Shown in pieces: positions 1 to 12,789 of a stretch of 64,000 bases of DNA (position 1 is the stretch's first letter; every line of letters begins with the position of its first letter). The notes beneath the pieces were generated by a model, which saw nothing but the letters and a program-made list of their open reading frames with translations, had not been told where the DNA came from and made no database searches. Origin of the DNA: Thalia democratica (Eukaryota); assembly GCA_965202585.1 (NCBI GenBank), contig OZ241833.1:30566001-30630000 (forward strand), read 5' to 3'. The translations under genes were made by a program, and so were the position numbers.

Positions 1-202
1 GTTAAGATCATAAAGATTAAGCTTTGTAAAAAGAGTTCTCATAGTTATAAGTAGAACTTTAAATAAAAACAAGTTTAGTACTAATTTTAAACTACTTAGC
101 AAAGTTTAGAAAGTGTTTTGAAAAAGGCAAATAAAAAAAAATATTAGTAAAATATTAAAGTTTAAATTGTTTTGTTCAGCGCAATTAAACTAAATAAAGT
201 AA

Positions 203-2046
203 ATGCAAAAAACAAAAATTATAATAGTTTTTACTTTACTCGGAAACTTGGGTTTTTGCCTAGAAGAAAGTACAAATGAAAAAAATGGTGAAGTCGAAAA
301 CAAAAAGATAATTACAAAAAACTTATACCATTTTAATGTGCGTGGTAATACAATTACTACAGAGGACATACACTTCTTTGATAAAAAGACTAAGTTTGCT
401 GATTTGAGTAATAGGTAAGTTAAGTTTCTTGTCAATTTTTAATAATATTATACTTTGGTTAGTAGTCTATTTATCTATTACAGAAAAAAGATAAAAATCA
501 AAGAAAGGTTGTATTTTATAAAACACTAAAGAAATTACTAAGGTAAAAATGTTAAGATTAGTTTAAATGTTTAGTATGGTTAAGTTTATTCAATAAATTT
601 AATTTCGACAGTTTTACTTTTTTATAGTTTTTAGAAAACCATAACTAAGTTTTGAGTACATCAAAAAGTCATAAATAGTCTGTACTTGCTACAACTTGTA
701 TTAAAAGTTTTTTAGCATTAAAGTTTAGTGAGTATTTCTAAATATCATAGTTGCTAACAAACATAAACTAGAATATCTGCTTCTTTGAAAGCAGAATTGA
801 TATAAACAAAAACTCAAAAAAACTTTTACTGTAAAGAGTTTCCTATTTAGGTTTTTTATATTTTACCGTATTTATAAACATGAGAAATAACACTTTTTTT
901 TTGTTTTGGATCAAAGCTGGACAACAGGCGATCTATATGTAAGAAAATGTAGCAATTACAACCGCTAAATTAAGCAAATCTAAAGTAATTGCAACTAACC
1001 TAATAATTAAATCATTTTTGACTAACTTTTATAGAAAGAAGGCATCTGTTATCGGTGAAATTGTCTTTTTTTCTTTAATTGGACTCTTGTCAATTATCGG
1101 AAACATTTTGATAGTAGTGGTCATTCGGAAGACTAAAGAATTTAGAAAAAGTCAATATGTTTTTAAAACTTCCATTGCAGTTTCTGATATTTTTTGGGCG
1201 TTAGTATTATGTTGCGATTCTGCTAGTACTTATTATCGATACTTTATTCCAAGCTATACTATAGAATGTCATCTCTCTTTGGTTGACAAAAACAGCTACG
1301 TAGATTATGAAATTAAACATTTTGACTGTCAAGCGAGAAATTCATTTTATCACTCGATATTTGATGATGTGAGTTTTTATTTATTAACTTTTTTTTTAAG
1401 GAAAATATCGCTTATTGTTTCTTTAATTTCACTTGTTTTTGCTGCGGCTGATAGATATTTTGCAATTGCATTTCCTTTTAAATATAAAAGAAATAACACT
1501 ATTAAAATAGCTAAAGTTTTGTCAATAATAATTTGGATTCTAAGTGTATTTATAACTTTTATAACTTTCATAACTGATTTTGCCGTGTATCACCGAAGAT
1601 CTATATCTACAAGTTCATTTTTTCAACCATCAGGTTGTGAAAACCCAAACCAGATATTTGAATCTGTTTTTATGTTTGTATTATTTGCATTATTGTGGAT
1701 TTTTACATTGTTGACCTTTAAGAGTCTTTACAAAAGTTATAAAAGATCCTTAAAACTAAATCGTGTGGTTAGAAACAATTTTTTAGCAGAAAAACAAATG
1801 TCATTAGTTTTGATTTTAATGGTTGTCGCTTTTACTTTCAGTTTATCAACGACTTTGTATAACCACATTCGTTTTTATATATTGAAATTAAATTACGTAG
1901 AATGCCAAGACGCAGAAATAAGAATTAATACATATATTTCTTTATATTTTTTGTCAACAAACTCAATTTGGAACATTTTAGTGTACAACCTTATAAATAA
2001 AAAGTTTCGTTTAGCTCTTAAAGCTTTGTTTAAAAAGACAAGATGA
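203..2046 (+). CDS. Orphan rhodopsin-like (class A) GPCR, copy 1; two coding exons 203-414 and 1035-2046; 407 aa with signal peptide
   Basis: Exon 1 MQKTKIIIVFTLLGNLGFCLEE... ends AAT AG|gtaagt (phase 2). Acceptor ttttatag|A at 1034 restores the frame into the 7TM ORF (TM1 IGNIL, TM2 AVSD, TM3 ADRYFAI, TM7 NILVY). 212+1012 nt = 408 codons. The ORF-track TTG start at 1018 is intronic. Confidence 0.9.
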
Positions 2047-5046
2047 AAATTATATTAACATTAACCTTGTAGCTTTTGTATACCAGTTGAATTGTTTTTA
2101 TTTGGAAATTTTTATTGTTTGCAAGACTTTTGGCATGTTGATACAATAATATCTACTGTATTGAATAACTATTTTTTTTAATCACGCCATTGACTTACTA
2201 TGAATTTTTTTGTAAATTTTGAAAAATTATTAACTGATTATTTTTGTAAACAATAAAACTTCTTCTTTTTTAAATTTACTTATCCTAAAAAAATTTTTAA
2301 ATAAAATAAGTAAAGAAACAGAATGGAAGTTACTTTTTTTTCAATGAGATATACTTGACAAAGTAATTTATTTTTATTTATTTATAAAATAATAGTATTT
2401 TATGCAAAATTTTGTTATTTTAAATGAATAATTATAATTAGTTTTTTACTTAAAAACTTTAAAGCTTTTGTTAGACCTAAATTAAGTAAAAATTAAACTT
2501 TTTATAAACAAAATTTGTACTTTGGCTAGGTTTTAGTTTTCACATATCTCACATAACATTTTCACTTTACAATAACACCAACTTTTGTTTGAATTATATA
2601 AATGTGAATTTCAATTTTTTTATATGCAAACAAAAAACCGATATTTTTTATAACTTTATTAATTAATTCCATACTTTATTTGAAAATATAATAAAAGTAC
2701 ACTAAGAAATCGTATGATGTTTATTTCATGAACAACTAGCATTCTTATATAAAATTAAACGGATTTTGTTTAATATATGAAGTCGTAAAAAATTTTAATT
2801 TAGTTTATAAACGGTTGATATTCTTGTAAATTCTGTGCTGCTTTTTAAATGGTGTAACATTGGACTTATAATCTAAGTTCAGTATCATTATTATTTTTTA
2901 AACACTCCTTTGCGAACTAGTTTGATATTTAATATGTCCTAAACTATACTAGTATAAAGTTTATTTTTTACATTTCTGGCTTGGCATAATATATTTATAT
3001 CAAAAAGCACAAATTAATTAACATTATTAGTGTTATTTTAAGTCACACTTTTATCTAGTAAAGTAAAATTCAAAAAACTTGTTATAAGTTTAAATTAACA
3101 TAGATTTAATTGCTTAACAAAGATTTTAAACAATAAAGTTAAAAATGTTTTTTGCTGTGCTATAATAGCTTTAATAAAATAGCTACAGCATTTTTAAATG
3201 TTTACAATTTTTTTTAAATTTAAAACACTAAGTTTATACTGTATCGAAATTTTTTTATAAAGTACAAATTTGCTCAACTTAAAAACTATCTTTTTGTGTT
3301 AAAGTTTAGGTAGTTTTGAAAAGTTTTGTTTTATATTATTTGTAAATATATAATTTAAAGGAATAAGAAAAACAAGGTAAATTTTATGTTATGTAAATTA
3401 AATAAAAATTTAAACCAGTCATAAACTTTTTTTTTTGACATCAAACAAAAGCAAAAAGAAAATGTACTTTAATAAAATATGTACGAGCCTTAACTTATCT
3501 GGAGTAGTCATTTTTGGAACTTAAAAAAAACTCAAATCTTTAAAACTTATTATTTCTCCTGTCTCTAAAGCTAATTAGATTTTTTTTTAATTCAAACGAA
3601 CGTTCCTTTGCCAGCCATTCACAATAGTTTTCATAAAATTAAGGTTTGACTATTGATGCAGGGCCCCTTAAAAGTTTTTACAATTTTCCCATGTTTTTTT
3701 TAATGTGAAATAATTGTTTACTATTATTATTTTTAACCTACTTTTATTTGTATGTTTTACAATGTGTTCTATTGTTTTTATCTGACAATTTTTCTTTGAT
3801 ATGCCCAATTCAAGATTTTGAAAAACATTTATTGTATTTTAGAAGTGGCATATTTTATAAATAAATGGATTTGAAAATAACAATACAACACATTGGAACA
3901 CATATAAATATAACTATATTTTTTAAATCAAAAAAACAAATCAAATACTTTTTCAATTATAGAGGTAAAAAAATTATTTCAAAATTTTGAAAAGTTTCAA
4001 TTTTTAGACTTTTATAACTAAAAAATAAGTTCCAATAAAGGCTATTCAAGCTAAGTTACCGCTCGTAATGCATGTGTTTTAAATATAAAAAACTGGTAGT
4101 ATCCAATTTTTTAATCTTAAAAAATGAGTTTAATCTTTTAACTCAAAACCTTTTTTTTAAGCATACACCTAAATATTATATTTAATAAGTTTTAAGCTGT
4201 AAGTTTTATAGTAACATATCGTATTTTCAATTAAAATTCCTTTAAGATCGTGAATTAGTTTTAGTAGAGATAAAGTAAAAAGGCTTCATTAAACAAAGTC
4301 AGTCAGAAAACCGCAGCAACTGTTTTTGTACTAATTAGCAGTTTTTTTTAATCTTATAAAATTATACTTTTAAGGTAGCTCATTAACAAAACTTGTTTAC
4401 ACAGAAACAATTAAAAATTGTTTTCTTTAAACCTCAGAAGATTTTTAACATGTACGTAGTCTTTTACTTGAAAAAAACAGTTTTTAAATAATATCGCAAG
4501 TACACATTTTAATTTGTAGTTAATTTTTTTTAGTTTTTGCAATGTTAAAGTAAAGTGTTATGACTACGTTTAAAAATTAAACTTTAAAAGGTAGTATACG
4601 TAATTTGATATTCAGTTTTTTTTCAATAACTTTGTTTTTGTATTTCTTATTTTTAATTACAAGAACAATAATTTAATTTACTTACAAAATAAAATTATTT
4701 TTTTAACCAAAACATTTTCTAGCTTAATAAAGAACACTTTCTTGTAAATAGTTATGGATACAGACTTAAAGATTATGCTATTGATGTTTAAAAAAATCAC
4801 GTATTTATAATTCGTTTATGTTATACAAAGACTAATTTTAAATGTTACGGTTTTTAAAAATAAAGCTTTATTAACGTTTTAATATTTTTGCAAATCCATT
4901 TAAAGTTTTATTTAAATATTAACGAAATGTTTAAAAATTTCAAACTTTAGCCTTCAAAGGCCTCTTAAAATACATTTAGTTTTACTTTTTACTCGACTAA
5001 CTGTAAGCTGTATAGTTAATTCCAGTTAATATTAATAATTTTACTT

Positions 5047-5188
5047 TACCACAGATGTTCACAGATCTACGGAGTCTCAAAAAGCTCTAAGAATCTTTGA
5101 GACTCCGTAGATCTGTTCTTAAATTTATTTGAGAGCAGTGAAACGCCGTTAGTTGAAATAAAGTTTTAGCACAAGAACATCTGTGGTA
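5047..5188. mobile_element. Small MITE with TA flanks and an internal hairpin
   Basis: Perfect inverted ends TACCACAGATGTTC (5047-5060) / GAACATCTGTGGTA (5175-5188); internal perfect 21-bp stem 5061-5081/5096-5116. Confidence 0.7.
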
Positions 5189-7847
5189 TACATTCCGATA
5201 AGCTTAGCTTATCAGGATCTCCAGGATTTAACGCCTTATAACGTTACATCTTATAATTTTACTCTATTTTTTTTCGAACAAGTTACCATTAGCAACTGCT
5301 AGAAATCTAGTGATTAAATTCTAACCAGAATGATTTGCTTGATCACATTCAACTGCTTTTCATTTAGCTTTTAAATAAATTTTATTTATTATTTTCTTGC
5401 TTAAATAAAATTTGAAGTAGTTTTAACAATTGTTGTAGGTAATTCTTTTTGGTGTACACTTCTGAACTAGTTATTTTTTACCGAACAGAAAAATGTACTT
5501 GTTTTTATGGTAAAAAAAGGAATTACTTCAAATTTTAATGTCTCTAAATCTATTAGATGCTTATGTTTAAGTCTAATCTAATTAGTGTATAGACAAAAAA
5601 GTTAAAAATTTATACTAAAACGTAGATTATGACTTTATTGTCTAAGAAACTAGTTTATTAATTTTTTCTTATCTTCTTTTTAGTGACTTAATAATTTTAT
5701 ATTCATAAAAGAAAGCAAATATGTCAGTATTAATTTAATAGTTTTTTTTATTTACTTAAAGCCAAAGTCTTTAAACATAAATAATAGATAACTAAATTAG
5801 ATTAAACAATAAATAAAGTTTGATTTACAAAAAAATACAGACAATTTTTTTTACTTCATTCTATGTTTTTAATTTTTAATTATAACAAACTACTTTTAAT
5901 ATTTTTTTATATTTCAAATAAACCTATAGAAAAAGTATAACTTATCAACTAGGGGTCGGCAGACTATTATAAGAAACGAACAACGTTTAAAGAAAAAGAC
6001 TTTTTTGGTCATGTGAATAAAGTAATTTACAGTAAAAAAGAATATAAAAGAACATTTTTTAACAAAATAAACATAGAGGAGGCTTTATATTTTTCTAAGA
6101 ACTAAAAAAGAATATATTCGTAAACTTTTAACAAAAAAAAACTTAAACTTGTTTTTACTACACATTAGTTGTTATCTAGTTGAAAATATAACGTGGGCAA
6201 AATAAACTTACTAGGCAGGTTTGCCGATCTCAACTTTACACTAAAATGCAAACATCTTAAAAGTTGCACTTAAAGTTGGATCTGTAAAATATTGTAATCT
6301 TAAAGTGCATTTACAATTAATTGTGCAACTAGAACTTATTATGCCATTGCTTATTTTGCTTGGATTCATCAAGAATGATGTAACAGCTGAAGATAAAAAT
6401 AAACAAGTTACAAAATACATTTACCACTTTCTTTAAGGTACTACCTTTGAAAAAAAAAATGAATTAGTGTGATTTTTATCACTCTCTGTAAGTTTAGTTA
6501 AACTTCCTTTTTTTTCATAATACCAAGAATTGCCTCCATATTTTTTTATATTTCGTCTTGAATTTTGTTCAATATGTTTTTGTGATAATTATCACATGTA
6601 AAATATTTCCAGCCAAAATCTTTAGGTCGTATTTTATGAGTCCCATACAGTTTGCATTAGATTTGTTTTCAGATAATCAACTGGTACCGAGGTGAAAGAT
6701 CCTTAAAATCATCTATTATTTTGCACAGAGTAGTTTTGTTGTATTTGCTAAATGTAAAAAGATAAGCTGAAATCTCAAAGGTCGCCGTATTTATAAGCTC
6801 CCTTATTTATTCTCTACACCTGCTTAAAGAAAAGATATCCTATGTTTTTTTAGTTCGTTTTTATAAGGTTAAGCTTCTAAATAAAATTTTCCGGCAGAAT
6901 AGTTAATTTAAAGAACTATGTATTTCCAATGCTTGTCTCACTTTGTACAAAAAAGATTTTGTTTACAGCCGTTTATAAAGTTATTTTGAAAAAATATGTC
7001 TTACAAAAAGGCGAATTTACTTTGCAGCCTTTGGTGTTTAAGTTTAACGAAGTTCTATAATTTTCGGTAAATTATACATTTTATATAGATATACAATTTA
7101 AAAGAGTCAGTATTCTATCAAGGGATGATAAAAGAAAATTTAAGCTTTAAGTATTTATTCAATAAAAAAATTTGGAAGCTTATAAGAAGTTTTATAAAAA
7201 GTAACTTTGATAAGAACTTTTTGTTGAGCATTTTAATATAAAAAAAAAAACTTTAATGCTAAACATTACATAGTTGTTTTTAACTTCAAGCTTTATAGTT
7301 TACTTTTATAATTTTTTAAGCCATTTGTTTTATATTATCCATTTAGTTTTTTTTATTGTTTTTTAATAACATAAGTTTAATAGTTCTTTAGTTAATTCAA
7401 TTAAAATATATCGTTAGACATAATTAAAAAAAAAACTAAGGTTGTTTTCTTGATTCTGTAAAATAAATAAGTTTTAATTTTACAAAACATCTACAGAAGC
7501 CAATGAAACAGAAAAAACATTAAAATCAAAAATTTTGTTTATTTTTAATCACAATTATAATATTTCATAGTTATATACAATATCCTCATTTTTTTTTTAT
7601 TACTGGTAGTTTTTTTGTATTAAAGACCTACTTATTGTTTTACAGAATTACAGTTTTTCAACCGTTGACTAGCTTGTCAAAAGCCAAAAAAGTATGAATA
7701 TGTGTCTTCTCAAGTGATGTGGCAGCAAAGTAAACTTACAAACAAGTGTATTACTATTGATATGCTCTGTTGCTACAAGCAGTTGATAGTAGAGGGCAAC
7801 ATAACAGAAAAAAAAAGTTGAGGATCTTCTGTAAAGTCTATGATAGT

Positions 7848-8330
7848 TTATGGTTGTTATAAAACTTCAATGAACTTTTTAATATGTACATATTTATTGT
7901 TACAGTCCTTGTTATACATGATGTTAAATTGAAGTTGATTAGTTTTACTTTTGTAACAGTTTGTTTTATTAATAATTTTTTAACTTGTAATTTTTTTATA
8001 ATAATTAATTTTTCTTTACTTGTTAATTTTCAATTCTTATTTTTGTATAGTTATCAAAAAATAAATAACAAAATTTTAGAGGGCAATAGAAAAAATTAGG
8101 TACAATTTTTGCTTATCATTTTACTACTTTAAGGTTATTGAAGGTTATGGTTGTTACAAAACTTCAATAACTCTATACAAGTTAACATAATAATTACTGT
8201 GTATAAATACTTGATTTTTATTTGTGATTTCAAACGTAAATTCATCTGTTTTAAATGTTGTAACAGCTGTTGTAATTAAATTTGGAATTTTAATTTAAAG
8301 TTTTTTTTTAAGTTCGTTTGTCTTTCATAT
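7848..8330. repeat. Diverged direct duplication, period about 297 bp
   Basis: ttatggttgtta(t/c)aaaacttcaat at 7848 and 8145 with weaker similarity downstream. Confidence 0.5.
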
Positions 8331-10844
8331 GAGTGTTAAATTATAATTTTGGTATAGTTTGGAAAGTATGTGGTGTAGAGGTATTAATTACTGCTTTGAA
8401 GGCACTCTGAGTTAACGTTGCAAGATCAAAATTCAGTGGTCCACACAAGTACAAAAAAATATAGTAACAAATAAAATTTTGTCAATCTTACAATGACTCA
8501 GTGAGTTTTCATTATGGTCCCAACTACATTAGGCCACACAAAAGGTCTTACAGTTTACTAAAGTAAATGGTTGATTGAATTTTCATAATTAAGTTTTTAA
8601 ACATGCACAGTATTGTTGTTTTTTGGAAAATTTCAACTAAAAATGCCTTATGAATAGTATTTCTTATTTAGTTCAGGGTTGCCACTTTTTTTCACAAGAT
8701 GATAAAAATTTCATTGAGCTACAAGATGCTATTTACAGATTTAAGGAAATTTAAAATAGTTTTTGAGATATAGCTGGTCAAAGTCAGAGGCAACAATAGG
8801 TTCCTTATGGGAGGCGTAAACTAAAACGGCAAATAACTAAAAATCACCAAAAATCTATCTTCTCCTATGTTTTTGGAGATAACTACCTCAAATTTTCAGG
8901 AAATGTTCCTTGCAATATTTAAAAAATTTTGTTAGAAAGAATTTAGAAAAATAAAAAATTTTATAACAACAAAACAAAAAAAAAAAACTGCATTTTTTGT
9001 TTATTTTCTATAAAAACATTTGATTTTGAATTTTTTAAATCTGAAAAAGCATCTTGTAGCTTAGTAAAAACTATAAAATAAGATCTGATTGTGAAAAAAG
9101 TTTACCTATGCCCTTAAGTTCATTTCTCTCATGAAGTTAGTGAAGTCTTTAATTTTATTTAACTGTCTCTCAAAGTAATTAGTAAGGCACACATAATCTT
9201 AGTTTTGGCAAATTTACTGCACATAGATACTTGTATACTTACTGTTGAGGACCTTTTAAAAACTACTTCTTATATTTTGTCAATCCATTCAGTATATATT
9301 AAGTCACAAATAATTGTTTTTAGGTAAGAGTCCTATTTTTTACAATTTTATTTTTCACATGCAGTTATGAAAACTTGTATACAAGCTATTAAAACCACTT
9401 TTTATTTTTAATTTAAATGATGACATTGCAAGAAAGTCTCATTTGTTTTTAGTCTTATTATTCAATTTAATAAACAAATGATTTTTGTGACATCATAATT
9501 ACTTTTTGATTAACTTAAAATAACTAAGTAATTCCAAAAAGTTTTTTATTTTATATAAACACATTTTCACAACTATAATATGCTGTTAAACTTGCCTAAA
9601 AAAGGGTTCTTAGCTAAAACAAACTTTTGTTATGTCTTTATGACTACTGATTAGATTAACTTGAATTCAGAAGAGGATTTTGAAATATTTTTAGAGTAGG
9701 TGTACAAATTTTCATAAAGATATGTACAATAAGTTTTCTAAGGTTCTTGTTAAAGCTGTCTTTCAAAAGAAGTATAATAAATACTTTATTAGTTTGTCAG
9801 TTTTTATAGAATGTATAAATTTCAATTAACTTTTAAAAAATGGTCATTTTAAATCAAGTTTCTAATACAAACAAACTGCATAGTTTGTCAAACAAAAAAA
9901 GTCATTTAATCCCCTTTTATTGGCTTAATTTAATTATATTTAACACTTTTCAATAAAAAGTGTTCCTTTTTGCAGTTCATACCCATAAAAATATTATTTT
10001 CTAAATTTAAATGACATTGATGTTATTTTGTATTAAAGTTTTGGTTTTGAAATTTTAATAACTGAAATAAGTGAATTATTTATAACAATTAAAAATATTT
10101 AATTTAATTCAAAGCTTATTTTGTAAGTTGTATTCAAAAATATATGTACATAAGAATAACTTTTATTGTGTATATTTATTGGTTAAAGATTAACAGGGTT
10201 GCCACTCCTTTGGGCTTGTTTAAAAGTTATACTAAATGACACAACTTTAAGAATGTAAAACACTTGATGTAATAACCTCTAAATTACATAACGGGCCATA
10301 GGAAGTAGAACAGTTTTCCAAAAATAAATGTTATTTTATTTACATATTTATAATACTAAGCACTGCTTATTTTTTAACTAAGTGATTATTGAGATATGTC
10401 ACTATTTCATTAAAAATCCATTTCTATGTAAAGTTTTTGATGAATAATTGATTAAAAAATAGTAAATTTTTCATAGATTTATTAACTACTTGTCAGAAAG
10501 AAATATTTGTAATCGCAACAATTTTTTTTATAACAAATAAATATACATTTTAAATAGTTTATAACGTAATTTAAAAAACACAATATACAGTTCTACATAC
10601 ACATTGTATAGAACTTTTACTAAGTCTTTAATTTTATACCAAAAGTTTTCACAAAACTGACTTTATGAAAATAAGTTGAATTAAATTTTTATATTGTATA
10701 TAAAGTGTTTTAAAGCAAATATATTTTAAATTCTAAATAAGACCAATTGTTAACTTTTGTAGAAAAAAATATTTAATACCCCTCCCACAAATGAGTTATA
10801 TTTTATATATACAAATTTTGCAAAGCAGTAATAACTTCTTATTA

Positions 10845-11544
10845 CAGTGCTTATTCACTTATTATCAGGACACGTTGGGCAAGATTTTTGTAAAAATGTC
10901 TGGATAACCAAAATTCCGGATAAGTACAAAAATTATTTTTTTATTTAATAATATAACTACTGCATATAATGCAATGCATAATAAAAGTGTTATGGTAAAA
11001 ATAAATACATAGTAATTGTCAGTTATATATAATAAAATGATAAATAATAAAATCAAAAATTAAGGTAATATTTTTTTTTAAGGTAGAAAAACATCAGACT
11101 TACTAACCCTCTGCAACTATATACATTTTTTGAGGGTCAAGCAAGTAAAATTCATCATTTGAAATTCCACCTGCCCTAACTATTAATTTAAATTAAAGAT
11201 TAATTTTTGTTTAAAAGAAAATATAAATTAAATTTATCTTTAAAAACAAAAAAATAATGTAAACCTATCTCTTTATATGAAAAAAAACTTTTTAAACAAA
11301 AACAGACAGAAAGAGAACAAGAAACTTTGTCTAAGTTTAAAGTCAGTTTAAGGAAAACCTATTACTCCTAACAGATTATTGGAAGTTTTAATAAAATAAG
11401 AAATAATAGTTTTTCCCAATTTTTCATCAGAAAACTCAGAATTTAAAAAGTTGTGAAATTTTTGAATTAATTTTTGTATTTACTATTGAAAACTTTTTGA
11501 ATTTTCTTCTGACCGAAACTGTCCGGATAAGTGAATAAGCACTG
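10845..11544. mobile_element. Non-autonomous Tc1/mariner/pogo-type element (700 bp)
   Basis: 18-bp TIR CAGTGCTTATTCACTTAT at both ends, TA on each side, internal CCGGATAA subrepeats; no transposase ORF. Confidence 0.8.
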
Positions 11545-12622
11545 TACTATTTAATTACATTATTTAAATTAAAGTTCTTTTAAATTTTGTTAAAGGTTAG
11601 TTTTTTCTAATAGTTGTATTTAAGGGCATAAGGGCGATCCATCATATATTTTTTTAAATAAATTTAACACTAGCTCTTTTATTTAAGCTAAAAGTATAAT
11701 CTATAAGTCAGTTTTTATATGATATAAAAATGGTTATAATTTTTTGAGCTATAAATGTTTCTAGCAATTAAAAACTTCCTAAACAATTGTATGGACAGCA
11801 TTTTGTTCATTGTCAGTTTTACCAGAACATTTAAAATTCATTAAAAATCTGTCTTCTTTTTAATTTTTTGAACTAGAGACCTCAAATTTTCAGAAAACGC
11901 TTCTTTTATAGTTTAAAACACTTTGAATATATCAGTTTTTTAAATATTATAAATAAAAACTTGAAGATAAAGAAAAAATATATGTTTATTTTAATTAATA
12001 ATTTATTTTTCAAAATTAAGAAAGTTTCTGCATTCAATCTATTTAAATATTAGTAATGACTTTATATGAAAATTTAAAGATTAATTGCTAAAAAATGAAA
12101 GAGAAGATAGAGATTTTGATGAAAGATTTTATTTTTTGCATTTTTGGTTTGAGCCTTCCATTAAAAACCTATTGAGCACACCAACTTTGATGGCTTATAT
12201 CTCAAAAGTTACTTTATTTTTTTAAGCAGTTAAAAATGTCTGACAGCTCAAATAGAACTCTACAAAACAAGATTAACTTTTAAAAAACAAGGTGGACCCT
12301 CCTATGTTCTTAGTTGATATTTTAACTCAAAACTGCTTGTTGAAAAAGGTGTAATAATATAGGTGTAAAATAAATAGTATGCAATCTTAGCTTGTAATAA
12401 CTCATCCTATCTCCCTAATTTTAAATTTGAAAACTCTTTTAGACTTTTTGTTTATTAAATGACATAAGTTTAAATACTTTAAAATACCAAATAAGTAAGG
12501 AAGGGCATGTTAACATTTTAATGTTGCTCATCAATAAAAGCAAAAAAATAGTGCATATCTTAATAATTTTCTATTTTGCTTTCAAACTTTTGTTTTTTTA
12601 GACTTTAAATTAAGAGTGTAGA

Positions 12623-12789
12623 ATGAAGTTTGTACTGTCAATTGTTGCCTTGTTGGCCATTTTCGCCCAGCTTTCAGTTGCTGACGACGTTTCGGCCAAG
12701 TTGCTGCTGATCAAGGAAATTGAAGATGAAATTATCACAGAGGGAAATGAATTGACCGTCAAATACACCCTGTTCAATGTTGGTGACGG
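12623..12789 (+). CDS. SSR2: SSR2 coding exon 1 (signal peptide)
   Basis: ATG at 12623; ends GAC GG|gtgagt, phase 2. Confidence 0.93.

Noticed and set aside
484-542. Cassette-like exon (tacag...AG|gtaaaa) in the GPCR1 intron
   Set aside because: Gives TAA in the required phase 2, and the homologous GPCR3 intron has tacgg instead of the acceptor.
1018-1034. ORF-track TTG starts for the GPCR ORFs (also 22617 and 27924)
   Set aside because: They lie in introns upstream of clear phase-2 acceptors; true starts are in separate exons.
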